A stretch of 64,000 bases of DNA, from positions 1 through 64,000 of the forward strand of contig JBEWZL010000191.1 of assembly GCA_045837725.1 (NCBI GenBank), given 5' to 3'. This DNA comes from Vermamoeba vermiformis (Eukaryota). The translations under genes were made by a program, and so were the position numbers. A model generated the notes under the pieces. The model searched no databases. It saw only the letters and a list, made by a program, of their open reading frames with translations, and was not told the DNA's origin. Shown in pieces: positions 24,157-36,689 of the stretch (the stretch's first letter is position 1; each line of letters begins with the position of its first letter).

Positions 24157-25717
24157 TTAGTGGCAAGTACTGATGTCAGCGAACCCATAGAGTCCCCGTA
24201 CCGGATCGAACGCAAAATTGAAGCGTTGAAGGAAAGCGGTGCCAAGTACCGGTTTCTTTCCAGGAGCTGCCGCTTTAACACCAAGACAATACTGCTTGTT
24301 GGCAGTAGGCATCAAATAATCAGAGCCTGATAAAACCATTGGCTGGAGCCGACTGATGTAGAAGGTCATGTCGGGAAACGCGGCAACTTCTTTGTCGGTC
24401 ATTGAGTAGCACTCGCCGTCCAACAAGCCCTTGCCCTTTGGAACATCGCACACTCCGACCAAATTCACTCGGTCACACATGGCGTATAGAGCTTGAGCGA
24501 AGTTGTTGAAGACGGACGGGTAAAACGAGATCGAGGCACTGGCAGTAGAAACGAGGGTGTTTGAGTAATTTTGCTTTGACGAGCCAATAGAAGTTTCGTT
24601 GATAAAAACATTTCGGATGGCAACTGCAAAGTATTAGTGAGAGGCTAAGCCTTTAAAATTAAGCTAAAAAGTCGTACAGGAAGAAGTCCATCGGAACGGG
24701 TACGTCGAGTAAGTCAGATCCTCTCCGACAGTAATGTGTGGGCCTTTGGACGTCAAGCATAAACCCAATGTACTTGGAAGATCATTGATATACGCCCAAG
24801 CGTAGAAGGGCGAGATTCCTGCACATTTTAAGAATTAGAAAGGTAAGAGGATCTCGATTTAGTTTATTAAGAGCGATTAAACGTCATACCGTTCCACAAG
24901 CTATCAAAATAATAGCTGGTGCCAATCCAACCATCCATACCCTCCTGCAGAAATCGTTATTCGATGTGGATCGGAAACGTTCAAGTCGGTCACTTACAGG
25001 TACAAAATTAGGATAGGCCGTTGTTAATGCACCCACTGAAACATTATAAACCGAATAGCCAAGCCAATACAGAGAGTCCTTATATATGGTACCATTCGCA
25101 GGTCCTGGAGCGTTCTAATCCGTCTTAAATTAGGAATCGTTTCGAAATGAGTGCATAGGCCTTACAGACTTGAAGGCGAAGTAGCAGGTTTTTGTTATTG
25201 AACTACAAGGGCAGCTATCATACCGATTAACACGCAGTGTTCGGATTTAAGATCGTACTTACTAAAACGTGTTACTGGGGCACTGTATTTCCGGAGCTGT
25301 TGAAATAGCCAATAGTTATTAAAGATTTCTCAAACTCAAATCTTACAATAATTTATCATCGGCAGCTAACCGCAGTAAACTTACTAGTTGGTGTGTAGCG
25401 AGTACTTTGTTGACAACCGTTGCAAGTCTTGTTGAACAAGATTAAATCAGCTGAAAGGGTGTTCAACAGCAACTTGTACGTAACAGGAGGATTGCCAACT
25501 TCAATTAAATTAGTAATAATTTTTCAAATCCGGATCCACGAAAGTCCTTACTCTGAACAGGAAGGTAGAATAATCCCAGAGCATCTTCGTATAAGGGAAG
25601 ATCGGATCGCTTGTTGAATTCTGAGGCATTCAGCTCTCGTTTTAAGAGAGGAACTCGTACACTGAAAACAACGTTGCTAAGTACGATCAAACAAAAGACG
25701 ATGCAGGTGTGCTTCAT
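24157..25717 (-). CDS. Secreted pepsin-family (A1) aspartic protease homolog, predicted catalytically inactive
   Basis: Signal/pro region VRVPLLKR, YLPVQIGNPP, FPDMTF, YCLGV and VLGTAFLQRFNFAFD..YGFA. The catalytic DTGS and DSGT positions read NTLS and STAS. Confidence 0.82.
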
Positions 25718-26632
25718 ATCTAAAGATGGAAAAGCGAAGGCTTAATTAACAAGCAACGTTTTTTACCGAACCTTCAATTTCCTATTTTATTCCAAAGCGT
25801 TTCCGATCCGCACAAATCTGGAGTTTTCCCTTACAACGTCTCTTACTATTAATCTCAAATAATCTGATTATTAAATCTTAACGATTAGACTTATAGCAAC
25901 GTTGCGTGGCGTGCTACCCGTGCCTAGATCTTGGTGATTTCAGAAGTAACGTAGATCTGTCCTATTCTCACGAATTCAATAGGATTTCCTCGCGTTCTAT
26001 ATTGACCTAAATGTACTATGCTAGCAGATCCTTGTAAGATTCATAATAATATGCACATAGATAATTCTAACGGATCGAGAGAACAACCACGTTGTATTTT
26101 TAATTAAATAGGGTATAATATTTCAAAACTTAAAGTATGCATAATTACTTAAGCATATTGCTTACCGAGCGAGAATAATAATTAATGTGATATATTTTGT
26201 AAATCCTTCAAAATACGAAAAGGGACATACCAAGATACCAAATATCTGAAAAGTGCATAAATATCTTAGCTAGAGCATTCATGGTTGCGTGCAAGATTGT
26301 TCACGTTTCTATGAGATGTGGTGCTCAGCTGGCGTCACTGACTTTTTATCTGGTTGGCCAAGGGAGTGCCGGTGGTAGTGAGACTTCCATTGAGAGATTT
26401 TTTCAAGTCTGTGATTCACATGAACATAAAATTTGGGGGAGTGAAGTTCAATGTAAGCTCACCCCAAAAAAGTCCCCCGTCTCGTGCCGGAAAATTTCTC
26501 GCCTTTTCCTGTCTTTTTTCGTTTCCGCGCTTGCGTGTCATTTTTATTTTAAATCCTGAACGGACAACACGAAGGCCAATTCTTAAAGTCATTGTGTTGT
26601 ATTAAACCCAAACGAGATCAACAGATGTAACA

Positions 26633-26827
26633 ATGGGCAGAGCACCTCAAGCAGTAATCAACTACTACTCAAATAATCCTAACAAGAAGGCCGTCACGCC
26701 AAGAAAAGTCAATACTACTCCAGTAGAAAGCAATACTAATGTGCAGAAGAGTCCTTCAACTGCTGACGTAGCCAAATCTAATTGCAAGAACCTCAAACGA
26801 ACTTCAAAAAGGCTTATGAAGCCGTAA
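26633..26827 (+). CDS. Small basic hypothetical protein (64 aa)
   Basis: ATG in an AACAATGG context, AATAAA about 75 nt downstream, located in an otherwise gene-free 1.5-kb gap. No recognisable motif. Confidence 0.3.
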   Translation: MGRAPQAVINYYSNNPNKKAVTPRKVNTTPVESNTNVQKSPSTADVAKSNCKNLKRTSKRLMKP

Positions 26828-27197
26828 GAAAACTTCAATCACCTCCAATTTTGCCGTTTTATTTATTACCTTGTAAAATAATGTATTTTAACGAAATTGT
26901 AAAATAAAAAACCACTTCCGCGAATTCTTGCTTCTCCATCTCCAAAGAATATTCTGGTACCTTCGATTATTCTGGGAATAGCACTGATCCCATAGCTAAC
27001 CACTTCTATGCAAGTAAGATCTTGATTTCAAGTCTTTATCTTTAGTAAAGATACTAAGACTTTGACTTGATTCAGAAGGGTGACGCGGCACAATTCTAAT
27101 TTTATAATAGCATTTACATTTTATACAATTGTTTGATTATAATAACAAAATCAGCTCAGATTTGTGGCTATGGGACGACTAAGCCCACAAAAAGGTC

Positions 27198-30100
27198 TTA
27201 ATTTTGTTGGATCGTGAGTTCATCCAAGCTCGATTGTGTCAGCTCGAGGTTCTTCTCATTAGCCAAGTGCAATAAGCAAATGAAATAATACGGAACCGAG
27301 ATTTCCTTCAACGCTGCCTTGTCGACCAGCTTCGGCATCTCGCTCATGACCTCTTGGAACGGTTTGGCCTCGGGAACCTTATCGGCTTGCGAAGAGTTCT
27401 AAACGATTCATATTTAGTATTAGATGTACCAATATAATGCGCTAAAAGTAGCCTCCAAAACGCTTCGGAGACGTCCCGAAGATATTTTAAAGGTGAACTT
27501 CAGATTTGGTAATGAACTTCATATCAAGAATTAGAATTCTTACCGTTGTAGGATCAGTTGATAATTGTCTCCACATGTTCCTCTTAAGCGCTTTAACGTC
27601 CACAATCTTCGCTGTACGAGCGTAGTTGATCGAGATCTTCTCAACCTTTCTCGGCTCAGCTATCGATTGATCAGCTGCATTTTCGAGGATTTGACTCGTG
27701 TTTAGCAATTGGGCTAATTAAGGACGTATCAGTATCAAACTGGGTTCAACTTTCAAGATCACATCCGCGGGATCTGATCTGTCCAGTGGAAGAATATAGT
27801 CCTAGGACTGAATACGTACCGGGTGCCATATCCATATCGTCATCGTCGTTGCCGAGGCCCATGAATTCGTTGCCAATAGCGTTAGCCATGTCATTGCCGA
27901 TCTGCTCTTCATCGCGCCCTTCCATCGGCATGAACGAGTCTTCAACACCACCGCCAACATTCTCGCTGACTATACGACCTTCGACTTTAGTCAGTGTGCG
28001 CATGGCGATTGAAACTGGCTTATTGAACAGCATTCTAAAGTTCTGGAAGTCGTAATGATAGTCCTCGGGCAAGAACAAACCAGCCGGCTGAAAACACGAT
28101 TAAGCAATTAATATGATACGTTATATAATAATTATATAAGGTCCTTACATCTGCTGTTTTGGGTGCTTGCGTCGTGCTATAATTCTTCGTGCCATGGTCA
28201 AAAATTTCACCAAAATCAAACTCCTCCGTAAAATCAATAAGCTCAGCTTTTCTTCGTTTCCTTTTGAATAATTTGGCGTTAAATTGACAAATTAAATTTA
28301 AAATTATTCAGTGAATTTTGCGTACTTTTCTTTTTTAGACATTTCGTCTTCAACTTCCGATGCCTCTTCAGCGTTGGCATTTTTTGGCACTTGTGATTCT
28401 AGAAGTAAAACATTATTATTAGATTACCATAATAATAGAAAATAATTTATTAATATAAATGACTTACTCTTTGTTTTGAATTTCCAATGGTTAGGACCAG
28501 CCCAGTTCAGATTTGACAACGCGTTCTTATCGAAGTAATTATATTCATCTGGCTCGACATCTACGAGTTGATAAACAACATCGTCCTATAATAGAGTTAT
28601 AAGTATAATAAAAATATTAGCGAATATTATTCAGCTGAACGTACGACGTTGTTGGCGGGGAAGATCTGATTTTCAATAACCTGCGCTAATTTCTGTTCTT
28701 GAGCTTCTAAATTATGATCAAAATCGCTAACATCGGGCAAACTAATAATAAAACATGTTAGAATATAAATCAGGTTCAAAAATACAGCCTAACGTACCCC
28801 CATCCAGCTTCAACTTCAGCACCATCGTCACCAGCCTGAATTTCGAGTTCATCGGGCTCGTCTTGCTTAAAATTATCGTTCAATAATATTTCTTCTTCAG
28901 CTGCAACTTGAACGTCTTGCAAATCTTTAACTTCTCCGCCAAAATCGAAATCTGAGTATTGAGGACAGATCTTGTACTTTTTGGCGTTTTTCGCGATGTT
29001 TTTAAATACGGCTATAGATAATACGTTAGAATAGAGCAATTATATATTACTAGTAAGAGGTTGAACCTACCGGCGAGATCGGACAGATCCACTTTCGAGT
29101 TTGAGCTCCGAGTGATGCTTGACTCTTCATCTACCGCATCACTAGAGTCGAATACAATAGTGCAACCATTATGTACATTAAGGTGGTTCAATAATAAACC
29201 CTTTGCGCCTCCTTCGTCGAACGCTGCGGATGTTTTTCTGAACAGCGGATCTACTGAAAATTCAAGGTCGATCTTCTTCGCGTTGAGGTTGTTAATATTT
29301 GTTTCTAATGTATTTACACCACGATAAGCTTTAATCTGTAATTTTAAGATGTTAGTAACAGTCAGTTGGATCGCGTCACGATCTGCTTTTACACGCGATT
29401 TGCAGGTTATGTAAAATACAATAATAGGTTTCAATAATATATATAGATCGTATATATCATATATAGAAAGTATTAAGCCGATCGATGAATTATTATACTA
29501 AGTGGCTAACGCATCTCGCGATCAGATCCGAACACTTACTCGTTTTGCAGTTTCTTTTTCATCTTTCTTTTCGCCTTCAAAAGCCTTATCCTCTTCATCT
29601 CCGCCTTCATCTCCAGCTTTAGCAGCGGTTTCTTCCTCTTCTTCACCACCTTCTGTCCTCGCAAGACCGCCTAGCATTTTATACGCCTCACTATGTACCG
29701 AATCCACTCGGTATGAATAAATTTTAACACTAGCGTCTAATGTGCAACTAGCTACTTGGAAATTGGTGCCTAAGACTTCGGCTGTATCTTTTTCTTGTCG
29801 ATCCAAGACGTCGTCAATATATTCAATCAATTTCAAATTCCAACTGTTCTTCTGATTAACTTTCTGTATTTTTAAAATTATTAGGACTACTATATAATAT
29901 TATTATGCCATTATTTCATCAATTTGCATTGAGAAAACTAACCGAATTAATTTTTCTTTTGATCAAAATAACGAATAAATTGCAAATTTGACTTACGTTC
30001 TCGTTACATAATCGCAAGCACTGTGCATATAAATCAGATAATTGTTGATTCGATAGAGGTTGCGTTGGTTGCGGTGCCTGTGATTTCTGTGATGCAGTAG

Positions 30101-30415
30101 CCTCTTCGTCGGATTTGTCCATCTCCATCCGATCAGGAGCCATGCTAGCTCTCTTTGCTTTTTTAGCTGGTGTTTTAAATTCTCCGGCTTCTTTCGCCTT
30201 TTTTAATTGCAATTTCTCAGCTTCATCGTCATTCTCATCAAAAAATTCAGATGCGTTCTTCGATCCATCTGGGTTTTTAGAAAATCCAACGGCTGATAAT
30301 CGCTTTCGTTGGATCCTTTGGAACTCATGGTGTTGCGTTCCCCTTCGCAGCGAAAATAAAAAAATGAGTTAGGTGTTCGAAGAAAAAATCGGTCGAATTT
30401 GCGCGGGCTTTTCAT
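27198..30415 (-). CDS. NCAPH: Condensin I kleisin subunit (CAP-H / Barren / Brn1)
   Basis: NDDEAEK, KVNQKNSWNLKLIEY, NFQVASCTLDASVKIYSYRVDSVH, VDPLFRKTSAAFDEGGAKGLLLN, WAGPNHWKF, INYARTAKIVDVKALK and FICLLHLANE. The start is approximate. Confidence 0.93.
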
Positions 30416-30849
30416 TGTCTTCGCACACCCTTCTAGAGATGCAGCACTGGATTGTTGTTAGCAAAAATTTTTGTATTATTATCATAAGAGTTACAACCTA
30501 GTAGCTCGTTGAAAGTTCAACACTTCCACAACCACAGAACCGGTCAGATTTACTGAAATTATTAATCGCTCGATGGAAGCCATAAATTCCAATTCGCAAT
30601 TAACAAATAATAATTAATTTCGATTCATTTATTTGCTTAAACATCCGCCAAAACAACTGATCGCTGATCGCAAAAAAATTATCGAGATCATCATATTTTG
30701 CAAGAGCAGGGTTAAGACTACGTTCAACGAAGATAATCTTTGAAGAGTGCAGAGTGGAGGTTATTAATAACCAGGAAGCCGGGCGCCGAGGAATCGCTCG
30801 AGTACTGGCCACAAGGAGCGAAGCTACATTAAAGACCAACCCCCCTTGC

Positions 30850-33800
30850 ATGAAGGTGTTCACCAGATGTCTTTCTCACTGGAAGATCTTCAACGGGAAA
30901 CAATAGAGCAGCCTTGCAGCACCGGACCGGATGTCTAGACCGTGACGTGTCAATCAAGTGACACGTATGCAGAACGCGGTGATTTTTAAGAAAACTTTGT
31001 CCCGTAATGCAACAGATATTTTTTGATCAAATACAAGGTATGTCTAGGCAATAGAAGCAATCTTAAGGAATTATAGGCTCTAATATTAGTTTGTAGGGTT
31101 GTTCACTGAGTGCTCAAGATTATAATATTAGGTATAATATGGAGGATTGGATACCGCGCTCAGTGCTGCTAAGCGAAGATTTTGAGCTGATCCGTTCCGA
31201 AATACTTAAAACCAATTATTCTTATTCTAAGACCCAGAAATCAGCCAGTTATTATTTAAACAAGGTAATTTAACTATTTTTTACTATTATAAAGATCACG
31301 TTGCTAAGCAATTGTTTAAAGGTATTCAAAGGTCCCGATCGAGCAAAGTGCAGCACGAAAGCGTTGTTACTAGCGGTGTATTGTGCCACTACAACCGATG
31401 GAAATGACGTTGATACAATGGTGCCTGATGTAGTACTCAAATATACTGCCACTGATTGGCTAAGTCGTCTGCGTAAGTAGCTACCTCAATCTACCGATCA
31501 GATCCGCTAACTAATCGAAATCCGTACAGGAAAATTCAAAACTGTTACGAGGAAGACGCAGGTGGTTCGCGATTGTGTTTATCAGCTGTTCAGAGTTGGA
31601 AAACTGACGCCCGAGGACTTGATCCAAGACCCGATGTTAGTAGCTGCCTTGGCGCATCGCCTGAGCGTGCACGAACTGATGAGCTATCGATTGTATAGCA
31701 AGAAAAAACACAACCGTATTACACACCTAGTTGACGGTTAGTAATAACTGCTTGTTTTAAAATAATTGGACTCGGCGATCCGCTTGGAATTATTTTTTCT
31801 TGTTCCGGCGTACACCTGACTTAATATAATCTATATATGTAGGTACTTCAATGGTTGCTGAAGTGTTGGCCAAGCACAAAGGACAGATCCGGCTTGATTT
31901 TCTTGAGTCACTCTACAGCGCTTACAAAGACGATTTTCAGTACATAATCTCGCCTGAAATCTCGGAGTTTACAATCATGCTAGAAAAAGGCTTGAAGAGG
32001 TGTTTGAAGTTCTTGCAGAACACTCGTTTAAGATTTCCAACGATCGGTAATTTATTTATTTTAAAATTATGAATAGTTCAATATTAATTTTATCGTATTT
32101 AGATGCTGCGTTTGCCAATTTGCACTGGCCGATTACCACTGGGCTTTTATGGTACAAGATTGAACCGGAAACACAAAAAGACATGAACGGTACAATATTC
32201 AGTAATCTATTAGAAAACTACTAAATTTCAACTTAATTTAGGTTTTAAAAAAGCGATGGCACAAGAGAGCGCCCAAGTTTGGTCCGGAACCAAAGGCAAG
32301 ACGAAAAAACGGCAGATCAAGACGCTCAAACAAATGACGCTTTACATTAAGTTCCTAAACGGTAATAATATAATCAATACTAACCAAATAGCCTTATAAC
32401 TAAAAATAAGTATTTTATTAGAGAAATATAACAAACTGAAGTTGCCAGTGCTTGGAAACTCGACATTTCCTTTTTGGGAACTACCTACGGAAATAGCCGA
32501 AATGATTTATCGATATTCAGACATCGATTCAATCATAGCTCTCAGAATGCTATCTTCGGACATGAAAAGTTTCGTCAATCCTGCGCGTTTGACAAAAATT
32601 CATTTTCCGTTGAAATTTCATATGCTGGAGCAAAGCGGTCAACCGAAAAATGCTAAACTTCCTAGTTGGGAAACGATCTATCATCAACACATATCGTAAG
32701 AGTTATTAACGCAGCTTATTATTAATTAATTTAAAGGTCAAAAAATGACGAAAAATTAAGTTTTTAATTTTTTTTATGGATCAGCTCGCTGAGAAATTGG
32801 AACAAAGGCAAAAGTACCCTATTTTCAATTGAAGGTCGAATCCGGGCTATGGACGACAATTTTTTGATCGGAACACTTTCCAAACCAGGCTACCACAGAT
32901 ACTTTTGGGTCAAATGGAATGACAGTACATTGACGCAGCACCAATTCGATGCGAGTACGCTGCAAGATCGGCGGCATAGCGGTCTGTTACAAGCAGCTTG
33001 TGTCATTGATTCGGCTGAGAATAATAAGCCGCCGACAATAGCCCTGGCTGTACTAAATTCAGTTGAGATTTTTGTTGGTGGCAAGTTACGGCATTCGTTC
33101 AATGGGCCACGTCGAGATTACCTCACGGAAATTACGGCTATTTCCAGGAAAAACAAATTATTTATCGGTAAAAACAAACAAAATTAAAAATTTAATCAGT
33201 ATTTTCGGTATTATTAATACCTTTTGTATTTAGATAATTATGTCTTCCATTTAGACGAGCGATATCGTGCAGAAAAGCTCTTCAAAGAACGAGAATATTT
33301 GCTGGATGTCAATCCACTGAACGGCATGTACCTCTCTACAATAAGCGAATGCAATTATCTGCGCAATGTCGTTTGGCTATATTCACCTAGCAATGAACGC
33401 ATTGGTAACTTATGGGAGAACTGCTTTGGTTCTGTGCGTTACAAATCCGGCAAGTTTTTGGACGAACATCGATTTGCTTGTGTTAGCACTTATGGCGATA
33501 TAGATATTGCTGATATAAGAAAGATGGGCACGCCTTTTCTACGGGTTAGTTTGCCGCTCTTATTATATTAATACGCGGAATTTACAAATAATTGAAAATT
33601 ATGCGATCTGCTCCGCTCAAATTGATTTATTTGTTCAGTGTTAACATTAGAGTATAATGGAGTGTTTATATATATACAAATATTCATTTTCTTATTCCTG
33701 CAGCTTCCTACTACGGAGTTTTCACAGTGCGTGCTGGATCCCGTTAACCGTCGCGCCATAACACTGTCACCAGGACCAAGACCTAATGTCGTGAGTGTAT

Positions 33801-33955
33801 GGGATTTGAGTTCTTATCAATGCAACGGAGGATTTTACTTTGGCAAGCCATTGCAGCATGCAGTATTGGAGCCACAATTGCATGTTAGTACGAATTACTT
33901 GGCGTATCAAAATAACGATAAAATTTCTGTCTATGATTTCAAGAACAAGTACTAA
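30850..33955 (+). CDS. F-box protein with a C-terminal degenerate beta-propeller and an uncharacterised N-terminal region
   Basis: F-box-like FWELPTEIAEMIYRYSDIDSIIALRMLSS at about 32470; beta-rich exons with VSVWDL and ISVYDF. The 5' end is unresolved. Confidence 0.6.
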
Positions 33956-34014
33956 GACATGTTATATGAAAATAAACGACTAATTTCACTCATGAACTTG
34001 AACGTAGTCTATGT

Positions 34015-36494
34015 TTATATCTTAAGTGATCCTAAGTCAGGTACATTCAATACTTCAGGCACAATCACTTCTGGCTCTGGATCTGCCTCGCGTCTGACTG
34101 GCACTGGCTGAACAACTTCAACGGGCTTTTGTTTACCTTGTTTTCTTTCACGATTCGATTGGTGCTTATCACTAAAGTGCAATATTGTTAGTAAGCCATA
34201 ATAATAGTGATCATAGTTAAGTCACTTACGCGAATTTCAGCAGTTTTGGATGAATTGGGGCGTTAGAGCTGTCGTGATCTGACAACGACTGAACTTTTCC
34301 TCCTTTTTTCTTGCCGTGATAAGGATTACGCGAATGATTATTATTACTATCATTGATATTAATATTGGACTCGTTGTTATTATTCTTTCGCGCGGTATTG
34401 TTTTGCTGTTTCGTCGGACTGACATCCGAAGTTCGTGAATTATTTTTGATATCATTATTAGGCTTAGTAACAGTATTCATAATATATTCAATAGCCAAAT
34501 CAGTGTTATATTGATACTCCACTAAGGCTGCGCGGATCAGCTCCAAATTGAAACAGTTTGTCATCTCCATTATCATCCTTTCATCTTCATTACAATCATT
34601 CAGATCGATCATAACTGGTGCTCTAATTGTTCCGCTTGCCGAGCTCGTACTCGGGGTATTACTATTTTTGGAAGTGGTCGCTGGCTCATCGATCGTATTG
34701 ACCTGCAACCTTGGATCTGTGAAAAATTTTAGTACGACCAATGTAAATATTGAAGAGGGCTAGTATTATATTTATAGTAAGTATATTATATGTACCTTCA
34801 GGGTCTAGTAAAAATATGAATTGAACTGCCATTTCAATGTCGTTGTGGTTGTCGCGTAAAGCTTCTCGAATAAACTCGATATTTTTACATCCTAAAAATA
34901 AAACAAACCGTTAAAAACTATATTTCCTTATTTAGTAATAACACTTCTTACCAGTAACCTCGATAACTTTTTGTTCGTTTTCGCTGAGCTTGATCTTCGG
35001 TTTGGATGTGGATGTGATAACAGTGTTGGAATTGTTGTTGGAAGAGGTCTCTGGTAATGCGGGACTATCAACAGAGACTATATTAATCTCGTTGTATTGT
35101 TCCTCTTCCCAATTCATCGCGGAGCCTCCCTTCATGTACTCTTTGATAAAATTTTTGTCTGATACTTTGCGTTAATTTTTTGGACTAAGAATGATTACTA
35201 TATTTGGAAAGTACCTTCAGGATCGATGACAGAGATGAACTCAATAGTAGCGTGCATGTCATAGTAATTATCCTCCATTACTTTTCGAATAAATTCGAGG
35301 TTTTGACAGCCGGTCGCATCGATCACTTGTTTTTCTTCAAAAGTAATTGGTTTCTTTTTCATCTTTGGATCGTTATTCTTAAAATCAAGGCTCTATATAC
35401 TCTATTATTAGAATCTGCAAATATCAATTACGTCGTTCAGTGAAACGTACTTTTGATGAATCGCCAATGACGATTGACTTCGGAGCTGCTCCGTTAACTT
35501 TCATTTCGTCCATTCGTCGTACTGATGCATAATGATCGCCCTAATGATAATTTTATCAATTTTATTCGTTTTCATGAACAATATTTTACGTGACAACAAT
35601 TGATGTGAGAGCCTGATAAAACGTACCTGATGATAACTTAGGTGGATTGTTCGGACGTTGGCTCCGTCAAAATTTGAAATTTCCCATCGGGGTTGTTCTG
35701 TGAACGATCGTTAGAAGTTATGCAATGACCAAATAAGGAAATATAAGTGTCGCAAACGTACCAAGTTGATGAATACAAATATTAATGTTATATACAAGTG
35801 ACGCTGCTTGAATTTCAATATTTCCTCCCCAAGTAGTATTACGTCGCATATTTGCAAGGTACTATAATAATCAAAGTTAATAGTTGCAAATGGATCCGGA
35901 TTTAGATCTGAACTTACTTTGTCAAAAGGTTGATCGTCTTCTATAAATGGTTCAAAGTCTTCTCTGTGTTGTTCGATAAAATTACAAATAGCAGCACGAT
36001 ATTCAGCGTATCTATTCGGATCTCCTTCAAGCTGATCGGCAATAGATCTGAGGTTGAAAAATTTAAGAAAATTGAAGACCAAAATATTTAATATGGATAT
36101 TTTGCCTTACCTAAATAAACAATTACCATCACCAGCTACATCTTTAATTGTTAAGCCCAAGGGAGCGAGTTGCTCAAGGAACTTTTTCCAATCTCGGTTC
36201 CAGTTTTGATCCTGAAGCGCACAAAAAATAAATAAATGCCTCATAATTATTGCTTCGTTTAATTGTCCATAAAACGTTGTAATTTAATAATTTGGAGATT
36301 TTTAGTTCGAATTTGAAATTTAAAATGTTGATTATAATTAGCTAAATTATTAAAACACTTACGCCATATTGAACTCTTTGCCTATTCTTTCTAAATTGTT
36401 GCTTAATTAATCTATCATTTCGTCGTCTGTCTCGTGGATCGACAAATTCACCTTCGCCACCGTGAGGTCCGGCCTTTCGCTTCTGTTTACCCAT
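34015..36494 (-). CDS. OTU-domain deubiquitinase, OTUD3-like, with three UBA-like repeats
   Basis: DVAGDGNCLFRSIADQL, FEPFIEDD, WGGNIEIQA and HLSYHQGDHYASVR; three repeats of the type VIxxTGCxNxEFIRxxL. Confidence 0.9.
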
Positions 36495-36689
36495 ATTATG
36501 GTATATATATTACACAGCTATATTACAAGTGTTGTGGACTGTAACGCCCAGTGATTCAAATAAATATATCAAATTTTCATCACTTTTTCTCAGAGGTTCA
36601 AAATTTTATCAACTTTAGCCAGGTCAAGCAGATCGCAACTTATTCGCAAAATTGTTGGTTTTTATTTTATTCTTGTTGGCCGTATTATA

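Noticed and set aside
26281-26605. Two overlapping ORFs and weak hairpins upstream of 26633
   Set aside because: No motif, no splice pattern and no recognisable RNA family; probably promoter or UTR.
31013-31135. RYFLIKYKG chromodomain-like snippet at the start of the F-box gene
   Set aside because: Too short, and the upstream exons could not be phased.
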